Shown piece after piece: positions 39,619 through 53,039 of a stretch of DNA of 64,000 nt; position 1 is the first letter of the stretch; the number at the start of each line of letters is the position of its first letter. The position numbers and the translations under genes were made by a program. A model generated the notes under the pieces. It made no database searches. It worked only from the letters and a program-made list of their open reading frames with translations, and was not told the origin of the DNA. The DNA is from Octopus sinensis (taxonomy: Eukaryota), in NCBI RefSeq assembly GCF_006345805.1, contig NC_042999.1, forward strand, positions 89,032,001 through 89,096,000. The letters run 5' to 3'.

Positions 39619-39661
39619 TCGAATGACGAGAATGAGTGGTGCTTTGGCGGATAAATTTTAT

Positions 39662-39755
39662 TTATTTGTGTATTAAGGTTACCATTGGTTTCAAGTTAAG
39701 AAAAGTATTTTAATATCTCAATATGAAACCAATGGTAGCCTTAATACACAAATAA
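39662..39755. repeat. 32-bp-stem hairpin with a 30-nt loop
   Basis: Arms 39662-39693 and 39724-39755, with one U-G wobble. Confidence 0.92.
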
Positions 39756-39784
39756 TATATACATATATACATACATACATTAAA

Positions 39785-40101
39785 AAGACTCCGCCGGTTA
39801 CGACGACGAGGGTCCCAGCTGATACGATCAACGGAACGCTTGCTCGTGAAATTAACGTGTAAGTGGCTGAGCACTCCACAGACACGTGTACCCTTAACGT
39901 AGTTCTCGGGGATAATCAGCGTGACACAGAGAGTGACAAGGCTGACCCTTTGAAATACAAGTACAACTCATTTTTGCCAGCTGAGTGGACTGGAGCAACG
40001 TGAAATAAAGTGTCTTGCTCAAGGACACAACGCGTCGCCGGGAATCGAACTCACAACCTTACGATCATGAGCCGAATGCCCTAACCACTAAGCCACGCGC
40101 C
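39785..40101 (-). mobile_element. tRNA-Met-like SINE, family C
   Basis: Head GGCGCGTGGCTTAGTGGTTAGGGCATTCGGCTCATGATCGTAAGGTTGTGAGTTCGATTCC resembles elongator tRNA-Met (CTCATAATCTGAAGGTCGTGAGTTCG). It is followed by a GTGTCCTTGAGCAAGACACTT core. Confidence 0.85.
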
Positions 40102-40133
40102 CTCACCATACATACATACATACATACATACAT

Positions 40134-40210
<77 letters not shown>

Positions 40211-40419
40211 CAAAATAAGAAAATGGAGAAACATATCTTAATCAATGATCAACTACCAGATAATACCCAATCATATAATTTATTAAACCACTACATATGA
40301 ACATTAAGATCAAACATAATAATATAGAACAAAACAATGTACATGAAAGAGTAATATGATACAATAAGTACAGTATGTATAAGTGAATATAAATAAATAC
40401 AAATATAAATATAAACTAT

Positions 40420-40546
40420 ATCTTACCAGCTGTTTCAGCCATGCAGATATGGGTACCTCATTATGCTCATATTAGCCATGTGTGATAGTTAATATGTAGT
40501 TATAAATGAGACACTTACAAAAATATCCCAAGGCCTCTTCAGAGAT
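40420..40546 (-). ncRNA. mirror copy of the long-loop hammerhead
   Basis: Reverse complement of 41125-41251 with one extra G in stem III (GAAACAGCUGGUA). Confidence 0.55.
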
Positions 40547-41124
40547 TATGAAGAACAAACTAAATTAAATATGAAAATCAGAGGAGGTACACCCATACAA
40601 TAGTGGGTACATACCCATAATATATAATATATAATATAATATACACATACATATGAGTGCATATATCCATACTCCTATATATATATATATATATATACAC
40701 ATATATATAATAATAATAATAATAATATACAGCAATATACATACATATGTTCTATATTCAAGGTTACAGTTAGTCATAACAATATATTAGAATATTACAA
40801 TATAGAAACATACACATATCTATATTCAAATGCAGATATACAAAGTCAATAATTCATTATATTAAGTTACAAAATGCCATTAATATTACTATCATTACTA
40901 TTGCCATTGTCACTATTGCTACTAATATCATGTATGTATGTATATTGCTGTATATTATTATTATTATATATATGTGTATATATATATATATATATAGAGT
41001 ATGGATATATGCACTCATATGTATGTGTATATTATATTATATATTATATATTATGGGTATGTACCCACTATTGTATGGGTGTACCTCCTCTAATTTTCAT
41101 ATTTAATTTAGTTTGTTCTTCATA

Positions 41125-41251
41125 ATCTCTGAAGAGGCCTTGGGATATTTTTGTAAGTGTCTCATTTATAACTACATATTAACCTATCACACATGGCTAA
41201 TATGAGCATAATGAGGTACCCATATCTGCATGGCTGAAACAGCTGTAAGAT
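41125..41251 (+). ncRNA. minimal type I hammerhead with a 92-nt insertion in loop II
   Basis: AUCU-CUGAAGA-GGCC-(41140-41231)-GGCU-GAAA-CAGCUG-UA-AGAU, with a palindromic stem III. Confidence 0.65.
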
Positions 41252-42766
41252 ATAGTTTATATTTATATTTGTATTTATTTATATTCACTTATACATACTG
41301 TACTTATTGTATCATATTACTCTTTCATGTACATTGTTTTGTTCTATATTATTATGTTTGATCTTAATGTTCATATGTAGTGGTTTAATAAATTATGTGA
41401 TTGGGTATTATCTGGTAGTTGATCATTGATTAAGATGTGTTTCTCCATTTTCTTATTTTGTATTATTAATTTGTGGTAAAACATTTTACCTTTGCCCATA
41501 TAATACAGTAAATGAATTAACTGCATCGCAATTCTTAACATTTATGTATTACTTGGTTGGGTACTTCACTAGCAGTATATTGGATGTTATCCCATGGAGG
41601 GTTGCACTTACAACCCCTATCTCAATTTGTATATATATATATTTACATATACCCATATACATATACTAGCTGGGAAGCTAATTGGAACAGCAGTGATTTG
41701 TCAATAACTGTTTCCAATCACTGGCCCTAGCGACGGACTTAGTCTTAGCATGTGGTCTACAGTGAAAACATGTTGCTGATAAATAACTAAGAGGCGAAAA
41801 TATATATCACCGTCGCTACAAGATGATTTTTGTTTGCTACTTTTTCAGTATCTCCTTTAGGTACGGTTTTCAAATTCCCTTCCAAAAGTATTTCATTCTA
41901 GCTCTGAAAAATTTTCATTTGTAAAATGTTTTAATGGGCGTATCTCCGCTTCTCGCAACATGAGAAGAGATCTTTGCAAAGTCATACGCTAAACTCGCAG
42001 TTAACTGTAATAGAATTTTGAGCAGATGTATCCACTTTCTGAGATCGAAGGTTTAATAAAGTATCGTACGTGTCACAACTTCTTCACCACACAGAGCTGT
42101 TCATCAGATTCAAATGAAACAATCCAATCATGGAATTAATTTCAGAAAATTTAGAATTTACATTTTGCAGAATTGTGTAAAACTGGTTTTCAACCATTTT
42201 TTAAATCTATGGACCCTCTTCGATGCCTATCTTATTCTCCTGGACCTCAATAGTAATTTGTTGCATTTAAAAAATATCCTAATGTATTTTTATAATGAAA
42301 TATGATCAGGGATTGCATAAACAAAATTAAGATGTTTTGCGTATTGTAAATGTGTAAGCAATTTATTGCCCTTAAATTCCAACAACATAAATTTTCTCCG
42401 GTTGAGAACCACTAGCGTAAAACATCAGAAACGAACACTTCTCTATACCTTCCTTTTCTATAAAAATATCCATTTGAATGTGGTAAGAGAGTTGTTTTTA
42501 TTGAACCAGGTAGCCTCGATCAAGTAGACTTTTCATTGGAGACATTCCACCCACGATCAACTCATATCATTTTAAGGCATACTGTGTCTAAGACTACATT
42601 ATCAAATGTGTCGAGTCTACATAGTCAAATCTTTTAGCTTTGTAAGACGACAGAGTTGCTAGTTTAGGGAGGTTTAGTTGTTATTTCTAATACATCTACA
42701 AGTGGGAGGAACCTCTCGTTTGCAGGAGAAATTTTAACCACATTTCAGTACGAAATCGACCACTGA

Positions 42767-42807
<41 letters not shown>

Positions 42808-42829
42808 ACACTTACGTACACGTATACAC

Positions 42830-42995
42830 ACACACATGCACACAGTTTTGTCTATCAAATTCCCTCACTCACATAATACTAGTCTCCGTGAGGCTTTAAT
42901 AGAACAGTTAAATTTCCCAAAGTGCAGTGGGACTGGGCTCGAAACCACGTGGTTGCAAATCAAGTTTCTTAACCACACAGTCATGCCTACACACA
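42830..42995 (-). mobile_element. decayed family B SINE head
   Basis: GTGGTTAAGAAACTTG...CCACGTGGTTTCGAGCCCAGTCCCACTGC. Confidence 0.65.
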
Positions 42996-43000
42996 CACAG

Positions 43001-43063
<63 letters not shown>

Positions 43064-43140
43064 ATATTAGGGAGTGTAACTCCAAACTTTCAGGGAAAAA
43101 TTCAATTTAGTATTAAATCAAATTTCATAGTATAAATATA

Positions 43141-43611
43141 TAAAATATAAATTAGAGATAAAACCACTATTATGCAACTCAAACATTGATAGACATAAAC
43201 CAATACATAAATAACAAATAATATATATTTTTATAAAACATATAACTTATAACTAGATCTCAAAAAGTATAAAACTGAATATAGTAGGCTTTCCATTTAA
43301 CCCTAGAAACAAAATCCTTAATGTCATTAATAAGTTTCAAAATAAATTCTTTCCTGGAGGGTATTGGAATATCCTTCAAAGATGAATTCCAAAATAGCAG
43401 TTCTATCTTACCTGTAAGTTCCATAACATACGAAATTGAGATTTACATACACTCAATAAACGTAATCTATCAACATAATAATAACTATTGAGATCTAGTT
43501 ATAAGTTATATATTTTATAAAAAATATATATTATTTGTTATTTATGTATTGGTTTATGTCTATCAATGTTTGAGTTGCATAATAGTGGTTTTATCTCTAA
43601 TTTATATTTTA
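43141..43611. mobile_element. Penelope-like element: 123-bp inverted arms around an RT N-terminus
   Basis: Arms 43141-43263 and 43488-43611. The spacer encodes a PLE-type N-terminus. Confidence 0.8.
43260..43424 (-). pseudogene. truncated PLE reverse transcriptase N-terminus (54 aa)
   Basis: MELTGKIELLFWNSSLKDIPIPSRKEFILKLINDIKDFVSRVKWKAYYIQFYTF* matches the recalled PLE pattern SLKNIPIPS..EY..KLI....FI.RM.WKA. Confidence 0.7.
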
Positions 43612-43668
43612 CATATGTGATACAGTTACTCTCTGTATAGAAGACAGTAATGCTGAAAAGATTAAATT

Positions 43669-43860
43669 CTGATGTCTTTACAAGGGATCATTCTACAAGG
43701 TAAAGAAAAGCTGTAAGAGAGATGAGGTTGAGCGGGTATAGAAGCAATTATGGGCATAAGCAAATTAGACACATCAAATAATTGTTTCTATACCCGATCA
43801 ACAGGATCCTTCTTATAGCCTTTCTTTACCTTGTGGAATGATCCTCTGTAAAGACATCGG
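43669..43860. repeat. imperfect foldback hairpin of about 190 bp, partial second copy at 44907-45038
   Basis: Outer arms CTGATGTCTTTAC.../...GTAAAGACATCGG and an inner 25-bp stem GTTGAGCGGGTATAGAAGCAATTAT/ATAATTGTTTCTATACCCGATCAAC. Confidence 0.88.
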
Positions 43861-43893
43861 AGTCTAAGTTTGAATCTTGTATATATACATACA

Positions 43894-44906
43894 TATTAGG
43901 TTGTCTGGAAAGTTCTAAGCGTTTTAAAGCTAAATATTGAGCACACTTGAAACGTAACACAGTTAAAGTTTGGCGTTGCTTGAAGTGGCAATGCATCTCT
44001 TCTTTGTTCCTGACTAAAAGTAGATTTATCTTTCATTACGATTAGCCTTTATTAACATTTGAAATGGATAACCAAAAATTTGATTTACGCGCTGCAATGC
44101 TATTCTTTTTTTTGAAAAAGGAGAAAATGCTGCAAAGACTTGCAGAAACATTTGTGAAGTTTAATTGGATGAGGATGTTTTGAAGGCAAAAATCGAAGAA
44201 AACTCAAATATCACGACCAGAGAACTTGCAGATGAGTTGGAAGCTTCTAAAAGTACGGCTCATGAACACCTAGTGAAGCTAAGATACGTTTCTCGTTATA
44301 ATGTATGAGTCCCTCACAAACTCTCAGAAAAGAATTGCTTGGACCAGTATTCTGTTTGTAATATGCTTTTGAAATGGAATGAAAGACCCTTCCTTGTTTG
44401 AAACAATTTATGACTGAAGATGAAAAATGAATTGTATATGAAAATGCTGTGCGAAAAAGATTCTGGAGTTTACGTAATGATCACCAAAACAGCAACCAAA
44501 GACGAATATCCATGCCAAAAAAGCTATGCTTTGTGTTTGGTGGGATCATAAAGACATTATTTATTATGAGCTTCTCCCACAAAGCCAGACCATTAACTCT
44601 AGTGTGTACGGTCGTCAGCTGGCTAATTTGAACCAAAAAAATGAAAGAATTGAGGCCGGAGATTGCCAACAGGAAGGGGGGGGGGTCCAAGAAGACAATA
44701 TCCGACCACATGTGTCTTTAGCTACCTGGACAAAGTTACATGAACTTGGCTGGGATCTCTTACTCCATCCACGATATTCTCCTGATACTGCGCCATCCGA
44801 CTTCCACTTGCTTTTGTCTCTACAGAACTCATTGCAAGGAAAAACATTTAAAGATTTAAATGGAGTCAAAAGGCATCTAGATAACTTTTTTTCTTCAAAA
44901 CCAGTC
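43894..44906 (+). mobile_element. mariner (DD34D) element, 3' end missing
   Basis: TA plus TTAGGTTGTCTGGAAAGTTC TIR. MDNQKF...VPHKLSEK...MTEDEK...MLCVWWDHKDIIYYELL...EDNIRPH...HPRYSPDTAPSDFHLL. Truncated by the hairpin repeat. Confidence 0.93.
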
Positions 44907-45034
44907 AAAGGCTATAAGAGGGATCGGGTTGAGCGGGTATAGAAATTATGGGGTTAAGCAAATTAGACACGTCAAATAATTGATTCTATACCCGATCAAC
45001 AGGATCCTTCTTATAGCCTTTCTTCACCTTGTGG

Positions 45035-45077
<43 letters not shown>

Positions 45078-45082
<5 letters not shown>

Positions 45083-45350
45083 CAAAAAGGGACAACAAAG
45101 CATCCAGATATACGATACAAAAGAACAAGGACGGGTCATTCGAAGCCTTTTATCTTCAGTCAAGAACCGGATCATCTTCGTAATCTCGGCTGATTAATCT
45201 TGAGATTGCTTCAATCTGGCCAGCCCCAAAGAAAAACTAAGCTAAGAGCATGGAAAAAAGCATCGAATGTATACGAAAACAAGGACAGAAAAACAGACGA
45301 TGTTACACAAAAATACAATAAAAGTAACAATAATAATAATAATGACAGGA
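45078..45350 (-). mobile_element. unclassified repeat (possibly PLE-derived) with pseudoknot motif, copy B
   Basis: Homologous to 50365-50680 (+) and 55555-55690 (-). Ends in (TA)n. Confidence 0.75.
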
Positions 45351-45585
45351 CATAACAGCAGGCGACTTTCGACTGGGGACGAATGGAATTCAGCTGGCGT
45401 GTGTGGAAATGAAGCCTTGCGGCAGAGGGAAGAATATCGATGTGGTAGTGACCGTGGTCAGACGCAAAAGGGCTAGCAGTCGGCCAATCGGTCACGTGAG
45501 AAGAGAAGAGAGAGAAAAAGAGGAACAAAGGAATTAAGGAGGGGGAGAAGAGAGAGAGAGAGAAAAGAGAGAGAGAGAGAGAGAG

Positions 45586-45622
<37 letters not shown>

Positions 45623-45708
45623 CATACACAGATACATGTACGTGTGCGCGCTCTCACATACACATACGCACACACACACACACACACGCACACACACACA
45701 CACACGCA

Positions 45709-48231
45709 CAATAGTAATTCAATACGTTTCATATCAATAGCTTTGTAAAATTAACGATTCATTATCTTTATAATTTGTTTCTTACTAGAAAAGCACACCC
45801 CCCCGCCCTACCTGACAGATTCTTACACACTTATAATAATCCACTCCTAACTCTATAAAAGCCTCTCCTCTCCCCGCTGTTCCTGCTCAGAGGGAGCCCT
45901 CGTTGGTTCTGCATAAAACAGTTTCCCAAACATTACCCCTGACGGAAGTAATTTTGGAAACGAGCATTTTTATTGATTTCTTCAAACATTATGATAAGCT
46001 CCCCGACCCCCGCTTCTTTTAAACCCTATTTAATCATATATAATTCTCCATCGTTGAAACAGATTCTTGTACGATTCCCATATCCATCACCAAAGCTTCT
46101 TTTTACACTCTCACTCACTCAGTCGATGCTTTTCGATGGGAACTGTCTCACTCACACAAGTTCCCAGACTCCGCTACAGAGCCAAGCTTTTCCAGATCAG
46201 TGAACAGCTGCCTTATCTGCTCAACACTGCCTAATATCTGATTACAATCACCAAACATTAACTAGATGGAGAAATTTACCGAAAAAATACATGCACACGC
46301 GCGCGCACACGTACACACACGTAAACTACACAAATACACACAAGCGTTCACAAAATCACGAACACATACACACATATATATACATATACGCGCGCACGCA
46401 TATACTTGCGTACATAGAGAAACAAACGTATACAGATCTATAAATACACGAATACACATACACACACATACACATACATAGGCGCCATACACACACACAC
46501 ACACACGCACGCATGTACACATACAGCACATACATACGCACGTAAATACTCATATACTACGCCCCCACACTCACATGTACACACACACACACACACGCAC
46601 ACAAACACACAAACTTATGCAGACACACACACACACATACTCACAGATACACAAATGCCAAAATTCCTCCTTTCCAGTGATAAGATATTTCAGCAAGTTG
46701 TTTTGCTTCATGTTTTTTAACCAAGCTATCGTCTGCCACCCTACTGGCGTCTTCGTGTCCCCCGTATCGGGGTAAAGTCTACACATAACATGAAACGAAG
46801 ATGAAGAAAGTTATTGTAAAAGAAAGAAAGAAAGAAAGAGAAGGAAAGAAAAGAAGAAACTGACTGCAGAAAGGTAAATGAAACAAAAATGATTAGACAA
46901 GAATGAAAAAGAATTAAAAATACAAAGAAAATAGTTTCAGACATACACACACACACACACACACACCACACACACACACACACGCACACACACACACACG
47001 CACAATAGTAATTCAATACGTTTCATATCAATAGCTTTGTAAAATTAACGATTCATTATCTTTATAATTTGTTTCTTACTAGAAAAGCACACCCCCCGCC
47101 CTACCTGACAGATTCTTACACACTTATAATAATCCACTCCTAACTCTATAAAAGCCTCTCCTCTCCCCGCTGTTCCTGCTCAGAGGGAGCCCTCGTTGGT
47201 TCTGCATAAAACAGTTTCCCAAACATTACCCCTGACGGAAGTAATTTTGGAAACGAGCATTTTTATTGATTTCTTCAAACATTATGATAAGCTCCCCGAC
47301 CCCCGCTTCTTTTAAACCCTATTTAATCATATATAATTCTCCATCGTTGAAACAGATTCTTGTACGATTCCCATATCCATCACCAAAGCTTCTTTTTACA
47401 CTCTCACTCACTCAGTCGATGCTTTTCGATGGGAACTGTCTCACTCACACAAGTTCCCAGACTCCGCTACAGAGCCAAGCTTTTCCAGATCAGTGAACAG
47501 CTGCCTTATCTGCTCAACACTGCCTAATATCTGATTACAATCACCAAACATTAACTAGATGGAGAAATTTACCGAAAAAATACATGCACACGCGCGCGCA
47601 CACGTACACACACGTAAACTACACAAATACACACAAGCGTTCACAAAATCACGAACACATACACACATATATATACATATACGCGCGCACGCATATACTT
47701 GCGTACATAGAGAAACAAACGTATACAGATCTATAAATACACGAATACACATACACACACATACACATACATAGGCGCCATACACACACACACACACACG
47801 CACGCATGTACACATACAGCACATACATACGCACGTAAATACTCATATACTACGCCCCCACACTCACATGTACACACACACACACACGCACACAAACACA
47901 CAAACTTATGCAGACACACACACACACATACTCACAGATACACAAATGCCAAAATTCCTCCTTTCCAGTGATAAGATATTTCAGCAAGTTGTTTTGCTTC
48001 ATGTTTTTTAACCAAGCTATCGTCTGCCACCCTACTGGCGTCTTCGTGTCCCCCGTATCGGGGTAAAGTCTACACATAACATGAAACGAAGATGAAGAAA
48101 GTTATTGTAAAAGAAAGAAAGAAAGAAAGAGAAGGAAAGAAAAGAAGAAACTGACTGCAGAAAGGTAAATGAAACAAAAATGATTAGACAAGAATGAAAA
48201 AGAATTAAAAATACAAAGAAAATAGTTTCAG

Positions 48232-48232
<1 letters not shown>
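45709..48232. repeat. near-identical tandem duplication, period about 1291-1294 bp
   Basis: Identical ORFs at 45973/47266 and 46262/47555. The differences seen are homopolymer and CA-run lengths, and both junctions lie in (CA)n. Confidence 0.95.
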
Positions 48233-48320
<88 letters not shown>

Positions 48321-48321
48321 G

Positions 48322-48378
<57 letters not shown>

Positions 48379-48389
48379 TAGATGTAGTT

Positions 48390-48440
<51 letters not shown>

Positions 48441-48744
48441 TAGTTATAGATAGATACTTACATACATATATATATACATACATACATAAAAACATACATG
48501 CATACATACATACATATATAGACATACATATATCTGTAAAATAATAAGTCGTATACTGTATATATATATATATACATACATACATACATAGTATATACAG
48601 TATATGGTGGAAGGTATGTATACCTGTATGTGTGTGCGTATGCGTGTGTGTATGCGTGTAAATTTCTCCAAATTCTTACAACTGGTCACGTGAATTATTT
48701 TTCGTAGCTCATTTCTGCTATCTTTTAATATCTTTTATCTTTTA

Positions 48745-49085
48745 CTTGTTTCAGTCATTAGACTGCAGCCATGCTGAGGTACTGCCTTGAAGAATTTGTA
48801 GTCGAATGAATCGACCAGTGTACTTTTTGTTTTTTTCTTTCAGGCTAAGTACTTATTCTATAGTGTGCATTTTATTTTGAAAAACCGGTAAATAACGAGG
48901 ATGTAAACACACCAATAAGTTATCACTCCGCAGACACAAATGCGCGTGCACATACACACACAAACACACACATGCGTGCATATATATACTACGGGTTTCC
49001 TTCAGTTTCTGACTGCAAAATCCACCCACAAGACTTTAGTCGACTCGACGCTATAATAGATGAGATTTGTCTAAAGTGCTATGCA
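48745..49085 (-). mobile_element. family B SINE, decayed
   Basis: TTACTTGTTTCAGTCATTAGACTGCAGCCATGCTG tail and AAATCCACCCACAAG body. Confidence 0.78.
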
Positions 49086-49519
49086 ATAGGATTGAAACAA
49101 GCTTCTTACCACACAGCTACGCTTATTTGTGCACGTGTGTGTGTGTGTTTGTGAGTGTGTGTGTATGTATGTGTGTGTATGTGTGTGCGTGTGCGCACGT
49201 ATATCAATGCTTTTAATACTAATATGAATTTTAGCACACAGCCACAAATTTGTATGGGGGAGGTATTCCTATCGTTTTGTGCGGATCACCTCAATTCCCG
49301 TGTCGTTTCCCCTTATATATATATATATATATATAAATTTAACAATTAAGGATAACTTCTTAATAAGGAATCTTAACAAGAAATTATCAGGTAGTTAGCG
49401 TGAAAAACCTCATAAGAGAAAAATTTGAAAGTATTTTTTTCTTTTGAACATATTAATTTATATTGTATAGAGGACATTATTACACATAAATATATATATA
49501 TATATATATATGCATATAT

Positions 49520-49700
49520 ATATATATGTATCCATATATAGGGAGAGTTTATGAAAAAACAAAAGACGAAGACAGGTGGTGTACAAAACAAACAGATGTA
49601 TTAGTATAACGCTCAGGAACAGAAAAAGTCTTTTACGTTTCGAGCCTACGCTCTTCTACAGAAAGGGACACAGAAAAAACAAGGAGAGAAAAAAATGTGT
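49520..49700 (-). mobile_element. second copy of the short PLE-derived hammerhead-like repeat
   Basis: CUUU-CUGUAGA-A-GAGC-guag-GCUC-GAAA-CG-UA-AAAG at 49665-49630. Confidence 0.7.
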
Positions 49701-49709
49701 GTAGTGGCT

Positions 49710-50364
49710 GAGGGGACATAAATAATTATCCGCACTTTTACCATTACATATCTTTATTTTGTCACACTGCTTTCTGTGCATGCATGCTTACAGTTGGTAC
49801 TATTGTGATCACGTAATCGAGGTTTGAGCCTGATCACGCCAATTATCTTTCTGGCTTGACAGTGTAAACATGGTCGTTCCTCTAGCAATGTGCACCAAAG
49901 AAGAACAAAAAATAGTTATCCGAGAGATGGTAATGATGAAGCGGTTCACCATTACCATCTCTCGAGCTTGCTGAATCTTCTCATCACTGGTGGAGGTTAA
50001 CAGGCGTCCTGCTCCCTCTTCGTGCGTCACGCTTGTCCGGCCACTTTTAAACTTCCCGACCCACTTATACACACTTCTACGCGGTAGTGCACTGTCCCTA
50101 TATTGTGCCAAAAGCTGCCAATGAATTTCAGCACCGGACACACTTTTCGACTGGAGAAATCGAATCACTGTTCTTTGTTCTTCTTTGGTGCACGTTGCTA
50201 GTGGGGCAGCCATGCTTACACTGTAAAACCAGAAAGAAAAATGGCGCGATCAGGTTCAAACTTCGATCACGTGACCACAATGGTACCAACGCATGTGTAG
50301 AAGGTAGTGTGACCATAATAAAGATATATTCTGGCAAAAGTGCGGAGAATTTTTGACTTCCCCT

Positions 50365-50366
<2 letters not shown>
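49710..50366. mobile_element. two convergent mariner 5' ends
   Basis: TIR-like GAGGGG...AATTATCCGCACT at 49710 (+) and GAGGGGAAGTCAAAAATTCTCCGCACT at 50366 (-). They encode MVVPLAMCTKEEQKIVIR (+) and MAAPLATCTKEEQRTVIRFL...W..KFKSGRTSV (-). Confidence 0.85.
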
Positions 50367-50827
<461 letters not shown>

Positions 50828-51499
50828 CAGATAAATAGATAAATATACGCATGGGGGTGCAGGGGGCGAGCGTGCTTCTATATTTGTGTCAGTGACCGCA
50901 TATTATTTACGTTTATGCGTGTGTTGATCATACTTGTGTGAATATTTAGTGATAATAAGGATCATTAGCATTTATCCGACTTTGGATTCATTAAAAGCAA
51001 AGTGAACATAGATCGTTAAGAGTCATAAGTTCACACCTTACTATTTTTGCTACCCATAGTTTAAGTACAGGGACACAAATTTTATTAGTGGCAGTGAATT
51101 AAATTAATTCATCAGCAAGAATAAAAGGCAACGATGAACTCGGCGGGATTTGAACCCAAGACTTAAAGAGTCGGCACGACAACTGCAATGCATTTTATCA
51201 ACGCTTTTGATATCAATAAAAATTTTAGCGCACAGCCAGAAATTTGTATGGATGGAAGTATTCCTATAGTTTGGTACGGATCACCTCGATTTTGATGTCG
51301 TTTCTTAATATGGCAGTGACGATATCCGCTTGTGCAAAAATCACCTTACTGTTTCTCAGTGGTGTTGCCTTTCTAATTCCGGAAATTTGTTCTTTAAGCA
51401 GATGTCTCAGATTTTATATATCACTATAGGTCTTTCACATCACTTCTACTCTACGACAAATAATTAAAGCACGTTCTAAAGCATACCGTCTTCAATTCA

Positions 51500-51900
51500 G
51501 GTTTTGCCTCAAAATAGTTAGCGAATTAGTTGGAAATGCCTAAGTGTTGGTGGCTTGAGCTCTGCAAGCTCCGAGAAGCAGAGGCAATTATAGTACCATT
51601 TAAAAAGACAGAGAGAGTAAAGAAAGCACACCGGTGGAACAGAGGCTGGAGCGCGTTTTTGAGTGTCTTTATGGTAATGGATCGGGTGACACTTTTCTAA
51701 ATGCAGCAGTGAGAGCAACACTCCATTGTGAGCCTCACCTGAATTTTTTAGAGTACCAATAACTGATGTGGGATGAAGTGTCTTCTGACAAGAGTCAATC
51801 GTAAGTATGTACTTGAAGCTATATCAAGGATGTGCTTTCTCCAGAAGAGATCTTGGGCGATAGTGAGGCCCAAACAATTGTAGTAATTGTGAGGCTATAC
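51500..51900 (-). mobile_element. CR1/L2-like LINE RT 3' fragment
   Basis: LGLTIAQDLFWRKHILDIAS...QLLVL*KIQVRLTMECCSH...LQPLFHR...SELAELKPP. Confidence 0.75.
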
Positions 51901-52259
51901 ATGCTTGCAGTTCATAAAGGGATGTACGGTACGACGATGCTTTCTTGATAGGAGTAGTTGATTTTCTTTTCTTTCTTGCTATTAAAAGTGAAAAGATTAT
52001 CTTATCAGAGGAAACTTTCGAGTTTTCTGTACATAGAATGAGTTAGTTTTGACGTGTAATATCTAGATTAATTAGTTCTTTACTAAATATAAGAGATTTG
52101 GACATGATGTTTCTCTCCCAACTAATATTTAGTACTTAAAGTAAATTAGTTAAACTCTCACTTAAATAACTCGTTAGTCCCGTCTCTCTAAACTTTCCAG
52201 TCATTGTAAATTTTCTGAACTGCGAGCCCTCTGTTCAGCTTCCAGTTAGCGGGTCACTA

Positions 52260-52470
52260 TCTACGAGTCCTTAATTGACCAGGATAAATTCCAAACCTCT
52301 GTCTGTATAGCTACTTGAACAAAATGTTGGTGAGCTAAACCATAATTATCCACTATTCGATGTGAACGAACGGCTGCGATTTTTCTTTCTTGTGCAGCCC
52401 GGGAAATGAATTCTGTATTTCTCCAGTCTGAACTGAATAAGCATATATCTAATATGTTGCCTTGATACAA
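52260..52470 (-). mobile_element. possible CRE-like RLE endonuclease remnant
   Basis: RAAQERKIAA...IVDNY...FVQVAIQT.VW resembles the AA..RK..KY...FVP.A.ET.G.W pattern. Confidence 0.35.
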
Positions 52471-53039
52471 CCCCAGTGTGCGTCTAAGATACCGTTTCTG
52501 CTCTCCTTTTCAACTAAAGAATGGGATGTTCCTAAGAATGTTTCTAAATGTCTGACGTCATCAAGCCGTCCGTCGCCAATGGTAGCATAAAACTGCTATC
52601 GTATCTTGAAATATCATGCTTAAAGAACATCAACACGTTTTTGAAACAATACTGTCACCCTAATAGTTTCAGATCACCAAACAAAGAATGAGCCTCATAG
52701 TTAACCCGTTTAGAAACTTTAAGCTTCTTAATGGTCCTCACATTTAAGTCATCTTAAGTTATCACACAGGCACGCACGCACACACACACACACACACACA
52801 CCACACACACACACATACATATACACACACAGATCCATGCCTCTTTTTAGTGACCGGCTTGAATTCTGCAAAAACAGAATACATACATATATAAATGCAA
52901 GCATACATACAAACATACATACATACATACATACATACATACAACATACATACCTACCTACCTACATACATACATACATACATACATACATACATACATA
53001 CATAATTACGATAGCTAATGAACTTGAGGAGAGGTATGA

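Larger units (their letters stand above)
40208..41463. mobile_element. large inverted repeat, Penelope-like inverted pLTR structure
   Basis: Arms about 40208-40749 and 40925-41463 are near-identical reverse complements around a spacer of about 175 bp. Each arm carries a hammerhead core. Confidence 0.88.
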
